A program made the translations under genes and the position numbers. A DNA stretch of 64,000 nucleotides from Eledone cirrhosa (taxonomy: Eukaryota): NCBI GenBank assembly GCA_964016885.1, contig OZ024753.1, positions 43,400,001 through 43,464,000 of the forward strand. Reading direction: 5' to 3'. Position 1 is the first letter of the stretch. Each line of letters starts with the position of its first letter. Shown here piece after piece: positions 38,765 to 52,652 of the stretch. The notes under the pieces are model-generated. The model had not been told where the DNA came from. It searched no databases and saw only the letters and a list, made by a program, of their open reading frames with translations.

Positions 38765-39785
38765 ACACCACCACCAACAACACCCGGCATCAACATCACC
38801 AACACCACCACCAACACCCCCACCAACAACGGGACCCCCTGCAGCCCCACCACCCCCACCAACAACACCAACACCACCAACACCACCAACACCACCACCA
38901 ACAACGGGACCCCCCCGCAGCCCCACCAACAACACCAACAGGCTGGATTTTTCGATTTGAGTGTAAAGAGATGGAACTAAATACTGTGATGTGTTTATAG
39001 TTGGATGTTTGAGAATTTAACATGGAAGATGGTCTTTAAATACCTGCTGCTGGTGGTGGTGGTGGTATTTCTGGTGGTGGTGGTATTTCTGTTGGTGGTG
39101 GTGTTGGTGGTGGGTGGTGTTGGTGTTGGTGGGTGTTGTTGTTGTTGTTTCTGGTGCTGCTGCTGTTGCTGTTGTCGTGTTGTTGCTGTTGTCGCTGTTG
39201 TCGCTGTTGTCTGTTGCTGTCGTTGTTGTTGTTGTCGCTGTTGTTGTTGCTGTTGTTGCTGTTGTTGTTGCTGTTGTTGTTGTTGCTGTTGTGTTTCTGA
39301 TGTTGTTGTTGTTGTTTCTGATGTTGTTGCTGTTGTTGTTTCTGATGTTGTTGCTGTTGTTGTATCATTTTTCTCACCTCCTCCAACCTAATCCCTCCAA
39401 TGATATATCACACAACCTTACACAGTTTATGTGATAACAATTGCATATCTTGTTTCCCAGCAATCTACTAAAATGACAAGGGATTAGAGTTTAAAACTAA
39501 ATCCTGATATTTGTAGAGAAGGATTTACTATCATTACCATCATCATCATCATCATGACCATCATCACCATCACCGTCATCACCACAATCACCATCATCAC
39601 CATCTTCAACACCACCACCACCACCATCACCACCACCACCATCACCACCACCACCACCATCACCACCACCACCACCATCACCACCACCACCATCACCACC
39701 ACCACCAACACCACCACCATCACCGCCATCACCACCACCACCGCCACCACCAACACCACCACCACCACCACCACCACCATTTCAA
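38765..39785. repeat. Cluster of (CAC/CAA)n, (GGT/TGT/TGC)n and (CAC/CAT)n tracts
   Basis: Direct inspection. Confidence 0.9.
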
Positions 39786-40177
39786 CACTGTAAATCTCCC
39801 CCCGCCCCCCTCCCAACCAACCAATGTTCCCTTACATCACATCATAGTATAACTTTTCCAATTATTTTTCTCATTTGCAACATTCAGAAACAAATGAGAA
39901 ATCTCAGTGTAGGGGCTGATACAATTTCATTTTACAATTTATCTACAATCACATTTTGCAGCTGATGTGCAGTTCTATTTTTCAGTGGATGCACAATTTT
40001 ACTAATCTGTTTGGCTACATTTTCCAGATTATTCCCAATAAGAGAATTGGGAGTAAATTTCAATAAAGACCTTATACTCACTGGATGGATTTTTTCATTC
40101 GTATTTATCCATTCATGGAGCTATTTCCATTAGGGAAATTTCATTTCATGCATATATCTGTTTATTCACATAAGCAA

Positions 40178-40200
40178 ACACACACACACTCACATACACA

Positions 40201-40241
<41 letters not shown>

Positions 40242-40428
40242 ACTCACACACTCACACACTCACACACTCACACACTCACACACACACTCACACACACTCA
40301 CATATATATATACATACATACCAATATGTATATATGTCTAATGCATATATAGATATTTATATATATAAATATATGTATGTAATATATATATATATATTCA
40401 TAAATGCATATATAGATATAAATATATG

Positions 40429-40463
<35 letters not shown>

Positions 40464-40520
40464 GCATTAATATATAAATATATGCATTTATATGTGTATG
40501 TATATATAAATATATGCATT

Positions 40521-40571
<51 letters not shown>

Positions 40572-40742
40572 GTATGTATTTATGTGTATATATATAAATG
40601 TAAGTATTTATGTGTGTGTGTGTATATATATATATTTATATATGTATATAATGTGTGTATATATATATATATTTATATATGTATATAATGTATATATGCA
40701 TATAATTATTCTAAGTAATATGTTATATAGTCTATTTTTAAA

Positions 40743-40827
<85 letters not shown>

Positions 40828-41319
40828 AGTGCATGCTTATACAAATATATATATACACCTATGTGTATGTGCGTATATATACATATATACATATATATAT
40901 ATATAGATATATATATATATATATACACACATACACACACCTAGGTGAGTACATGTATGATATAATATTCAAATGAGATAAGTGCTGATTCAAAAATCAA
41001 GGAATTTGGCTGTAGTAGTAGTAGGGGAAGTGGTAGTAAGAGTAGTAGTAGGAGTGGCAGTAGTAATAGTAGAGGGAGTAGTGGTAGTAGGGGGAGTAGT
41101 AGTAGTGGTAGTAGTAATAGTAGGGGGAGTAGTAGGAGTAGAGGTAGTAGTAATAGTAGGGGGAGTAGTAGGAGTAGAGGTAGTAGTAATAGTAGGGGGA
41201 GTAGTAGGAGGAAGGTATCAAAGGATTATATAAGAAGTGATTACATACGACCTTCAGATACTGGGGGGGGGGGGGGAAGAGAGAGAAACAGCCCGAACAA
41301 GTGAATAATATATGAATAG

Positions 41320-41351
<32 letters not shown>

Positions 41352-41615
41352 GTTGTTTGCTTTGTTATTTGTTTACTTTTTACATTCACACCGCACACCA
41401 CACACACACCGCACACACCGCACACCACACACACCACACATACATTGGGTCTTCAAGTATGAAATTTGTACCAATTTGTAGAAGAAAAAACAAATTTCTA
41501 CAAATTTTATACTTGACGACCCAATATACAGTATATATATATATATATATATACATACATATACATATACACATACATATACATATATATACACACACAC
41601 ACACACATACACACA
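40178..41615. repeat. (CA)n/(TA)n/(TG)n and (GTA)n microsatellite cluster
   Basis: Direct inspection. Confidence 0.9.
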
Positions 41616-41749
41616 CTGTAGTAAAAGTTAGGTGGAAATATCCAAGAGTAAGAGCACTCAGTCCATAGGATGAGATTAGTATAAATAATTACAACAGTGA
41701 CATAATTAGGTGCTCAAGTTTCGTTGGTTTCTGGACCCCAACTCATTCA

Positions 41750-41956
41750 GTCTGTCATGGGAAAGATAAAAATAAAGATGGCCGCCTTGGGTTGATTGTG
41801 TTTTGTTTTTTAGTAATATATCATCAGAGTTTAATTACCTGCCTTTGTTTAAACTCTTATGATATATTTCTGAAAGGAAAGCACAATCAACCCTAGGCAG
41901 CTATTTTTATTTTTATTTTTATTTTTATTTTTATTTTTATTTTTCTTATGGCAGGC
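41750..41956. mobile_element. Foldback/MITE-like inverted repeat
   Basis: AAATAAAGATGGCCGCCTTGGGTTGATTGTG pairs with CACAATCAACCCTAGGCAGCTATTTTTATTT; outer GTCTGTCATGG pairs with TTATGGCAGGC. Confidence 0.5.
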
Positions 41957-42881
41957 ATCATGAGAACCACAATTGGATTCCCACTCATCGTAGAGTTCTT
42001 TTGGGGTAATGTTTTACAGTTGGATGTTCTTAGTCACCTCATACAAGTCACACTATTCACTACAATATGATACAGAATTATTTTTTCTGTTGTGTTCTTC
42101 TTAAGCAAGACTTTCTACTGTTAGGAGAATGCAAGAACTAGGTTCATGATTGTAGCCAATGTAACGTCTTTAACCTCACACCACATTCCTCTTTTATCTA
42201 CTCTTTTTATAGAGATCAAAAAATCGTTGACCTCATGTTCACTCTATTAGACAGGTTAAATGCTCTCCATTGTGAATTGGCACTCTTTTAGAAATGTTAG
42301 AAATTCCTTGATTCTGTGCAGGTATTTTTGTTTTCAATTCTAATTTTATTTTTTTTTTATTTATATTTTTTAATTCCTATTCAATATTCATCGATAGTTT
42401 TTTTTTCCTTTTATTAGACAGAATGTTTAACATTGAATATTTTTCCATTGAATATTTTACATTTGCAAAGTAGGCAGAGAATCACTTATTCTAAACAGAG
42501 GGTAGGCAGCTGGCTGTTGGAACCATTAAAAAAAAAAAAAAAGAAATTGTATTTATGTTATTTCATAGCAAATCTTTTCCATTTAAAACATGACATTACA
42601 TTAGAGTTCCACTATCAGCTGTGTTTGCAGATGATTCTACCTCATATTGTATTCTTATAGCTTTTCCAAAAAGCTTTCTATTCAGACTCTTTTTTTAATC
42701 ATTCTAAGCAATGGCATGTATTTAAAGCTCACACTAAAACTCTTCTAATAAAATAACTGTGGAATAATTCCACAGAAAGTTGGTCACACTAAATAAAACT
42801 GCAGTAACTAGCCAAACTAGACTGCAACATAGAAACACTATAACATTGTAATTCTAATATTCTATTTCTCTTTAAAAAATA

Positions 42882-43885
42882 AATAATAATTGTTTATACT
42901 TTTGGCACAAGGCCAGCAATTATCTCAGTGTATTACTGGTACTTTATTTTATTGACCCCGTAAGGATGAAAGGCAAAGTTAACCTCGGCGGGATTTGAAC
43001 TTAGATCGTAAAGGGACGTAACTATGCTGGAAAGCATGGCGTCCGACCCTCTACCGATACTGCCAATCCACCTAAATAATAATTGTTTATACTTTTGGCA
43101 CAAGGCCAGCAATTATCTCAGTGTATTACTGGTACTTTATTTTATCGACCCCGTAAGGGTGAAAGGCAAAGCTAACCTCAGTGGGATTAGAACTCAAAAC
43201 ATAAAGGGCCATAACTAGATGCTGCAAAGCACGGTGTCTGGTGCTCTACCGATACTGCCAATCCACCGCTCTTAGTATTAATAATTGTTTATACTTTAGG
43301 CACAAGGCCAGCAATTATTCCAGTGTATTACTGGTATTTTATTTTATCGACCCCGTAAGGATGAAAGGCAAAGTTAACCTCGGCGGGATTTGAACTCAGA
43401 TCATACAGGGAGGTAACTCTATGCTGCAAAGCATGGCGTCCGACCCTCTACCGATACTGCCAAATAATAATAATAACGACAATGGTTTCTTATATAGGCA
43501 CAAGGCCAGCAATTTTGGGGGAGGGGAAAGTCGTTTAAATCGACCCCAGTGCGTTACTGGTACTTTTGTTTTATCGACCCCCGTAAGGATGAAAGGCAAA
43601 GTCAACCTCGGCAGGATTTGAACTTAGAATAATAATTGTTTCTACTTTTGGCACAAGGCCAGCAATTACCCAGTGCATTACTGGTACTTTATTTTATCGA
43701 CCCCGTAAGGATGAAAGGCAAAGTTAACCTTGGCGGGATTTGAACTCGGATCGTAAAGGGACGTAACTCTATGCTTCAAAGCATGGTGTCCGACCCTTTA
43801 CCGATACTGCCAATCCACCGCCCTGAACTTAGAATAATAATGATTTCTACTATGGGCCCAAGGCCAGCAATTCAGGGAGAGGGGA
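42882..43885 (-). mobile_element. Head-to-tail array of six SINE family A copies
   Basis: Tail motif GGCACAAGGCCAGCAATT near 42904, 43096, 43299, 43497, 43650 and 43855, joined by (AAT)n. Confidence 0.9.
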
Positions 43886-44227
43886 AGCTGGGTTGAGAGG
43901 TTTATGTTGAGGGGTTTGGGTTTGCTCACTGTTTTGTGGACAGATTTGAAATTATGTAGGATTGTACATATTCATAGGTACTCATTAATACAATCCTATT
44001 TGCCCACTTACAAGAATATTAATGAACTAATTTTAACTTAATATCTATAAATATGCATAGAATTATAAACACGTTTTAATATGTATATACACTCACAGAT
44101 AAACACACACAGACAATGATGATAATGATACATATAAATACACACACACACACACACACACACACCAGGCATACATATTTATATATACATATATGTGTGA
44201 GTGTGTGTGTATATATATGTGTGTATG

Positions 44228-44264
<37 letters not shown>

Positions 44265-45032
44265 GATGGAAAGTCAAGATAAATTTTAGTTTCAACCAAC
44301 ATAAGATAATTTTATATTTCATCAGACGAAACATATTTAAAAAAAATTTTAATTAATATAATTCTTTTTTATATATTATGTATTATATATATTTTAATTT
44401 TATGTGTATTTTCAAATGGAACTTTTTTTTTTTAGCTTTTTTTAGCTTTTTTTTAGCTTTTTCTCTATCTTTTCTTTGTCATTTCAACATTACCAAACTA
44501 TATAAGAACATAAATACGATCATTATTATTATTATTATTATTATTGCTGACATTTTTTTTGCTGTTTTTTTTTCTCTTTGAAAAAAACAAGACACTTGCA
44601 ATTTCTTTTTATTTTCAGTGTTATCATCCATCGTCTCAGCCGAGACTTTAGAGATAAGCAAATATATTTTCAATAAATTAAATGCTCATACACCATCTTT
44701 GCACTTATGTCTAATGAGAATCAAATATATTGAATGTTTTTCTCACATAATGTTTGTGTGTGGAGGGGGGGGGAGGGGATTTTTTATTCTCTAGATAAAA
44801 TTTTTGATGATTGATTATTTTCTTTGCTTGTTGGTACTACATATGGTAATAAATCAATAAAAATAACAAACCTAATTCGAACACATGTATACTTGTATCG
44901 GTGCTCATCCCTCTCATATATTCAATTGTATTACACGACTCGGTAAGATACCCTTCCTTGAGCTATTTAATTGTAAAAGACTATTTTGAGTTTCTAACTC
45001 AATCTATGAAATATATATATATATATATATAA

Positions 45033-45668
45033 ATAAGAGGGATCAGATGTTGTTTACTCGAGAGAAGGCTACGTTGGTATGGACACGTGATGCGCATGAA
45101 AGTCGATAGCTGTATAACAAAGTGCAGGGCAATAAAGATAGACGGTAGCCACGGAATAGGCAGACCTAGAAAAACCTGGGACGAGCTGATAAACTCCGAC
45201 CTCACACACTTACACCTCTCCAAGACGATGTCACTGGACCGAGACCTTTGGCGGTACTCAGTAATAGAGAAGACCCGCCTTACCTAAATACATAGTAAAA
45301 CCTACTACAGTCAGTAGGCATCTCTAACAAAATATACCCCCATCCCACCACCCTCACCCCATCCACACCGCCCCCTTCTATGTAAAGTTATGTTGGTGCC
45401 ACACCATCCAGGCCGAAACAAATGAGATCGTGTAGGTCTCACGACAAAAAAACACAGTCCACGCTGTAATATGGCCGTGTAGGCAACACGGTAAAAACCT
45501 CCCAGACCCACACTGTAAATGTGGTTGGTGTTAGGAAGGGCATCCAACTGTAGAAAACCTGCCAGACAGTCCTATGTGAGCAAGACAATCACTCTTACCT
45601 CAAGTGGGAAAACCCCCGTCCAAACCCATGCGTGGAACACGGACGTTAAACGTTGATGATGATGATGA
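45033..45668 (+). mobile_element. RTE-clade LINE 3' fragment (ORF end, ~380-bp 3' UTR, (GAT)n tail)
   Basis: IRGIRCCLLERRLRWYGHVMRMKVDSCITKCRAIKIDGSHGIGRPRKTWDELINSDL..DRDLWR. Confidence 0.88.
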
Positions 45669-45734
45669 TATATATTGTTATAGTTGGGGAGGGTCATATT
45701 GTTGTAATAATATTGCTAAAAATAATAATAATAA

Positions 45735-46068
45735 TCATCATCATCATTTTACGTCCGCTTTTCCCTGCTTGCAAGGGTGGGGCAGGAACTGATTCTGGCT
45801 TGATTTCTACAGCTGGATGCCCTTCCTAACACCAACCTCATTTACAGTGAGTGATGGGTGCTTTTTTGCAGTGGCACCTCCACGACAACTTTGCAGTGGA
45901 ATGATAGGGACCCCAGTCCCTATCATCTCATTTTTACAGCTGAGTAAACTGGAGCAATGTGAAATAAAGTGTCTTGCTCAAGGAAACAACACATCACCCG
46001 GTCTGAGAATTGAACTCACAACCTTTCGATTGCAAGGCCAATGCTCTAACGATTAAACCATGTGCCTC
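45735..46068 (-). mobile_element. tRNA-head SINE family B, tail type 1
   Basis: Reverse complement of 60683-61005. Confidence 0.85.
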
Positions 46069-46123
46069 AATAATATATATATATATATATAAAATCATTG
46101 TTTAATGTCTATTTTCAATGCTA

Positions 46124-46167
<44 letters not shown>

Positions 46168-46765
46168 AACTTAATGTTAAGTATATATGATATATGATAT
46201 TATATAAAACATAATTTAGATAAGGTGGAGAAGGACCATATTCGATGTATGTCATGTCACATTAATTTAAAGGTACTCTTAGCCATATTTAGATTGAGAG
46301 TGCTCTTCATAGTAAGTTTGCTGTGTTAGTCAATTTATAGCCAGTTTATTATTATATTTTCCCCTTTTTTTTCTATGTTTTTTTATGTATTCAGGTTTTG
46401 ATCACATGGCTATTAGGAAATATCAGAGCACCACTAAAATATGGCAGAAAAATTTCTAAAATATCTTGAAGCATTATAATTCATTAAATGAATACCTAAT
46501 GGACTTCATTGTGAAGTTGAAGAAATATATAGAATATACTGCAGCGAACAACAACACCAACAGGCACAATAATGAAAGTTCCAACAACAACAATAGAGAA
46601 AGTTCCAGCAGCCATAACAACAACAATGAAAACTGCTGTAGCATCAATAACAATGATATTACACCAACAAGTAATTTAACATTTTCTATTTTTAATGCAA
46701 TACCTAATTTTATTTCTAAAAATTCTTCTTTTCCATCATATTTTGTTTAAATTCTTTTACTCCAA

Positions 46766-46817
<52 letters not shown>

Positions 46818-47642
46818 CTCCAACAATCTCTCTCTAAATATAAAGACTATATATACATACATAGATATATATATATATATAGTCATTAAATTTGTTTTTT
46901 AAAATGCAATTCTATATCTTTTGGTTCATCAATTCATTATATAAAAGATAATTACATAATTTTAAAATGTGATAAGTTATCTTTTTGTTGTTTGGTTTTG
47001 ATTACTTTATCTTTGTTGTTGTATTTTTATTTTATCTACATTCTCTTGGGAATTGTATGTATAATTAAAATTATATTTTATAATTTCTCAAAAATAAAAA
47101 TATAAAATATAAAAAGAATAAAATTTAATTTAAATAAAAAGAAAAAAAAACCTAAAAAAACAAACCAAAAACCAAGTCATTTTCTTCAGTAATACATATG
47201 TCATTTGTATTCCATGCTGCCAAGATCTATGGTTTCCTCAATGTGTATGTGGGAAGTAGATGATGATTCCTGCTGCCAAAAACTATGATTTCCTTCTATA
47301 AGTCTTTGAGAAACAGCTGGAATGTCATGCTGTCAAGAACTATGGTTTCCACACCATGAGTTAGTAAAAAGCAGCTGAAATTCTAAAGAATGATTATTGC
47401 ATACCATCTATTATTATTAAAATGCTTAAAAATTAGTTTAGGGTATTCATTTTCACAGACAATTTTTAAATCCCTATTCCCTAAATAAAAATGCAAAGAA
47501 GAAAATTGAAAAGGAATTCTGTTACTCTATTACGTGCTGAGTTCATGCTGGGGCACTGCCATTGTGTAATTTAGTCATTGAATTTACTTGCCATCCATTT
47601 CAAATCTTCCCATGAATATTTTGAATGCCGGAAGCATTGCAA

Positions 47643-47842
47643 TATGAAGGTAGGCTGAAAAGTCCATAGGATAACTATGAAAGAGTGATGCAAGAGCTGT
47701 GAAATCTTGCATGCATTAATTTCAGTTCGTTTTATTGATAACTGAATTGTTTCTTTCTAGGAACTATGTAGAAAAATAAACCTCATTTGGTCATTCCATG
47801 AGAGTACCTTAGTCAGTCTATGAACATTTTAGCTGACTCATA
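47643..47842. mobile_element. Tc1/mariner-type MITE (~200 bp)
   Basis: TA-TGAAGGTAGGCTGAAAAGTCCATAG and CTATGAACATTTTAGCTGACTCA-TA imperfect TIRs; related partial inverted copy at 60360-60470. Confidence 0.65.
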
Positions 47843-47914
47843 GTAGTGGAGTTGGTTTAGGTTGGGCTTCACTGTACTGAGTTGACTAATGTTTATTATA
47901 CTTGTTTAGTCTGT

Positions 47915-48089
47915 TGCTGGTTTTAAGGTCATTTTCCTGTTAAATCAGAGGTTAGCCTTGTGAGACCCATGCTACTTCTACATTTTGTCCCATCATCCAC
48001 ATCCTCTTTTATTAATATCATTCTCTTAGACCGTGTCTTACTTGGTCTTCCCTTCCTTCTACTTCCTTCCACATTCGTTTCCATCACTC
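47915..48089 (-). mobile_element. Degraded RTE LINE 3' end
   Basis: Minus strand VMETNVEGSRRKGRPSKTR..EDVDDGTKCR..RLT. Confidence 0.6.
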
Positions 48090-48332
48090 CGCCCCCCCCC
48101 CTTTAATCTTTCTCCAACACATGACTCAGCACATGACCCAGCCATCTCATTTCGTTTCTCTTCATGACATTCCACCACTGGCTCTATTCCCATCACTGCC
48201 CTCACCCAGCCACATTCATCCCTCCTCTCACCAGCTCAGGCTCATCCCTCCTCACAGCAACTCACTCCCATCCCTCCTCACAGCAACTCACTCCTCTCAC
48301 CCAGCCATGTTTTTCCCTCCTCAACCTCATAC

Positions 48333-48377
<45 letters not shown>

Positions 48378-49269
48378 TATACATATATTTATATATATAT
48401 ACATACACTTACTTACGTTTTATTGAATTTCTACATTGCTTCAATCGCTATATCTTCTTCATTGACAAAGTTTTATGATAATTTTCCACTTTTATAATTC
48501 ATTATTGTAAAATCAATTTCTTCTTCTTCTTCTAGCCTAAGTCTTCAATATATTGTTGAATATAAAAGATAAAATGATCTCAAATCAAACTTTTTAGATT
48601 TCAGGAAAAATATGGAGTGTTAATAACTATTTCATTAGAATCTGGATATTCCATTTCTCTGGGGGTGACAAGAAATATCTCATTTTAAATGAAAACAATG
48701 GAATTTCATTCTTTCTTATTGACTCATAATATTGAATTTTATAGAAGCAGTTCAATTGAAAATAATTATTTTATAGCTATTTAAAATCAAACAAAAAAGA
48801 AAAGACCGAAAACAAAACAAAACAATAAATCAAATTCTTGTGAAATCAATCTCTATGAATCTCCTACTGGAAGATTTAGCAAGATCCAATTACAAGGATG
48901 TATGGCTTAACAGCGCTTACTGCAACAATAATTTATTTAAAGAAGATTAAAATTCTCCACATTATTTTCAAAATCAATTGTAATCCATCTGCTTATAATT
49001 CTTGCTTTACTAAACAAATAAAGATCCGTTTCACAAGAAAAATGTATTCTTTACAGAATGATTAAATTTTCAACATTGTATTTGTAATCTGTGCCAGAGA
49101 TTCTTTAAGATTTCTTACTGTGAGGTTCTCATAAATTTTAAATAGGACAATTTAAATTCTTTGAACCATCCTCATGTCAGATCATATATAATATACTTTT
49201 TATTTTCCCAAATACATTCTACATCTGGTTCCATGATGAAGATAATGGTCCTCATCTTTATTCTTATCA

Positions 49270-49345
49270 GTATACATTTGCATTCCATGCTGGCATGGGT
49301 TAGACAGGCTGTTAGGTTCACAAAGAGATAGATAGAGATAGATAG

Positions 49346-49388
<43 letters not shown>

Positions 49389-49650
49389 CAGCTAATCTTG
49401 TTCACAGGGTCCCTATTTGGCATGGTTTCTATGGCTGGAAACCTTTCCTAATATGGTTTTATATGGTTTGCACAGTGTGTAATAGGAGCATTTTACAGAT
49501 TGTACTGGGTGTATTTTAATCATCACATCAGCACTACCACTTTGCAGAGTGTACTGGGTGCATTTTACCATCACACCAGCACTACCACTTTGCAGAGTGT
49601 ACTGGGTGCATTTTACCAAGACACCATCATTACCATTTCACTGGGTGTAT
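49270..49650 (-). mobile_element. RTE-tailed retroposon remnant with ~48-bp internal repeats
   Basis: TTCCATGCTGGCATGGGTTAGAC tail; GTACTGGGTGCATTTTACCATCACACCAGCACTACCACTTTGCAGAGT repeats. Confidence 0.6.
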
Positions 49651-49651
49651 T

Positions 49652-49835
49652 TACCATATATACCTGAATATAAACTGAGGAATATCTGACCAAAAAGTCG
49701 ATGGTAGAAGAGTCAGTTATATTCAAGGTCAATATTTTGATGATTTTGACTAACTTCAAATTCTAGGTAAATAGTTGGATTTTTGCCCATTTCACTAAAC
49801 TGGAGGGGTCAGCTTATATTCGAGTACATACGGTA
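49652..49835. mobile_element. Tc1/mariner-superfamily (Tc2/pogo-like) MITE
   Basis: TA-CCATATATACCTGAATATAAACTGA and TCAGCTTATATTCGAGTACATACGG-TA TIRs with TA flanks. Confidence 0.65.
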
Positions 49836-50743
49836 ATTGTAATGCTTTGAACATCTTTATACAGCTCTTGCTCTCTCTTTACATATCACATGTCCATACC
49901 AGCCCCCCCCCCCCCCTTCTCACACACTACATCTGATTCCTCATATCCTGATTTATTTTCAACTCACATGTTTTCTGCCATTCGTGCACATTAACATTAC
50001 TCATCTTACAGTGCATGTATGCTTCATTTCTCTTCAGCCGTCAAAAATCTTCTGCATTCATGGCCTGTGCCATTTCTTGCTACCATGCAGCAAAGCAGTT
50101 ATGTTTATAAATATATTAGCTCAATTCCCCAAGATCCCTATATAAATGGGATTAAGCATGTGCTTCTTGTCTTTTGTATGAAATTAATTGCAATGCTTTT
50201 GTATAAAATTAATTTCTTACAAATTGAAGTTAATAGCCTACTGGTTGGTTGCATATATTTCCAATCAACACACCTACAAGCAAACTGAACCAACCTTAAT
50301 TACTTCTAGACTGTTCAACTATTCAATTGATCATCATACAAAAACGAGGAGACAAATATAACTGCTACAATATCACCAAATTGTTACACTCATCCATCAA
50401 ATTCATGATTTTTTTCAATTGGAGTCTAATTTCATGCTTCTTCTCTCTCATTGTATAACTACTTTGGTTTGCTTTCTTTCCTTAATTTCTTTATATTTTA
50501 TCTTCTTTCTTTATTATTATTATTATTATTATTATTACTACTATTTGCTCTCATCTCAAACATTTGGTCATTTCTTAATCAGAACATGAAATTTCATCTT
50601 TACAGAGTAAATCAAAAAATATTTTTAGTTAAAAATAAAACAAATACAAATATTTAACATTTTCTTAAGCATTGGTACAGGTACTCTTAGGTCTTGAATA
50701 ATGCCTCCCTCCCCCATTATTTGTGACCAGGGAATATGTCTAA

Positions 50744-50946
50744 ATCCATCCATATCCAGTGTTGGTCTTTAGGTTGCTTCTACGGTTGTCCCGGACTCTG
50801 GGCAACACCAGGCAATGTCTCACAACCACTCTCCATGAATTTCTGTCCATAGTATCGACATCGTCCAAGTTCTATTTATGCAAATCACTCTTCACGCACT
50901 CCAACCACGTCTTCCTTGGCCTGCCGCAATCTCTACTGCCAGGGAT
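50744..50946 (-). mobile_element. RTE LINE 3' end with in-frame stop
   Basis: Minus strand IPGSRDCGRPRKTWLECVKSDLHK*NLDDVDTMDRNSWRVVVR; ends in an ATGG-like tail. Confidence 0.75.
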
Positions 50947-51574
50947 TGTCTTTCTACTGTCTAAATGTTTAAACAATTCATTTTATAACCATTTGGGCAA
51001 ATGTTTTCTATTATCTTGTCTCGGGATGACCATTGCTTTGTGACAAAAATTCTGATCTTCATCTATAAAGAGCAAATCCAAAATATTTCTATTGAAACAA
51101 AATATATATAGAGAGATATTAGTGGGTAAATATTCTAATTGAGATTTCCACACTGGGACTATATTATTGAGACTCTAGTCTTTGCTTCTCTCATGAATAA
51201 TTTAAAATATATTAAACATAGTCACAAGCATCGTACTTGTTTGGTTACAGTGTTTACTTTGTAACCATATGGTTTGTAGTTCAATCCCACTGTACAACAC
51301 CATGGGTAATAGATTACTATAACCCTGTGGGTTGACCACTGTCTTGTTTATTTTAGAAGTTAGAAATTGAATTTATATATCAGTCTGGTCAGGCATATGA
51401 CTATCACTCTATGGAGATACCATGATAATATGCACCTGGTACATGGTGTAAAATGGTAGCCTGGTGCCATGTTAAAATGAATCTAGTATATTCTGTAAAA
51501 TGGTTGGCATTAGATAAGGTATCCTGCTGTGGAAAGCATGCCAGCCATAGTAAAAAGAGTCTCTTTAATCTGTT

Positions 51575-51802
51575 ATAGTGTGGCATAGGTGCATTTTATT
51601 GTGGCTCCAGCACTACCACATTACATTGTGGGTTTGGGGCATTTTATTGTGGCCCCAGCACTACCACATTACATTGTGGGTTTGGGGCATTTTATTGTGG
51701 CACCAGCACTACCACATTACATTGTGGGATTGAGGCATTTTATTGTGGCACTATCACATTACAGGGTGGGATAGGTGTATTTTACTTTGACACCAGCACT
51801 AC
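51575..51802. repeat. 48-bp tandem repeat (~4 units), retroposon-derived module
   Basis: GCATTTTATTGTGGC.CCAGCACTACCACATTACATTGTGGGTTTGGG at 51590, 51638 and 51686. Confidence 0.85.
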
Positions 51803-51835
51803 TAAAATCTTACAAAAATCTATTTTCTTTTTCAG

Positions 51836-52145
51836 ACTGTGCGAATTTCTTTGGGGGATATTTAACTGCTGTTGATAATACAGTTTCCTATGGATATAAA
51901 GAGGAGACTAACACAGATTCCTAGTTATGATATATATGAAAGGACTGGGTCCTGTATCATTAAAACAACCAAGAAACCTCCAACGAGATACATCTTCAGA
52001 GGAGGCCAGCTAAACCTACATAGGTGTGAGCTGTAACATTTACATTTATTCAAACTATTAATTGGAGTACCTTAAACCTGGATATAACACTACATTGTAC
52101 AACATTTCAGCTTTCAGCTAAGTGTTTGAGAACCAGACCAGCAAC
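51836..52145 (+). other. Candidate exon(s) of an unidentified plus-strand transcript
   Basis: Acceptor TATTTTCTTTTTCAG at 51835; ATG at 51890 opens 48 codons; donor-like GTGTGAG at 52024 and AAC|GTGAGT at 52145; unique sequence. Confidence 0.3.
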
Positions 52146-52258
52146 GTGAGTAACTACAACTTTCTAAACATTTCTCTTTTCATCTCTATTTATAATTTCT
52201 TTTTGCTCTTTTTTACATACATATAAACATATCTACACACACACATGTGAGTGTATAT

Positions 52259-52314
<56 letters not shown>

Positions 52315-52410
52315 ATGTGGGGGTGTAAAAGCTAAACAAATAATAAAGCAAATGACACTGTACATAGAAGAAATATATTAGTTTAATGCATGAAATAGCA
52401 GGAAGAGAGT

Positions 52411-52444
52411 CTTAACGTTTCGGACAGTGGTCCTTCAACAGAAG
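52411..52444 (-). ncRNA. Minimal hammerhead (family G), A6U core change
   Basis: Minus strand CTT-CTGTTGA-A-GGAC(CACT)GTCC-GAAACGTT-AAG with palindromic AACGTT; inside a microsatellite-flanked insert 52322-52503. Confidence 0.55.
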
Positions 52445-52621
52445 GTAGAGTTAGAAATAGAAGATAAATAGAAAGAAAAGAGATGACCTGTCCAACTCTT
52501 GCTATATATATATATATATATATATATATAGCGCCTGCATTGCTGAGACCAGGGAAAGACTCCAAATCAGTAGAGTACTTTATGCATGGGAAGAAGCACA
52601 GTGGGTGTATATTTATGACTG

Positions 52622-52652
<31 letters not shown>

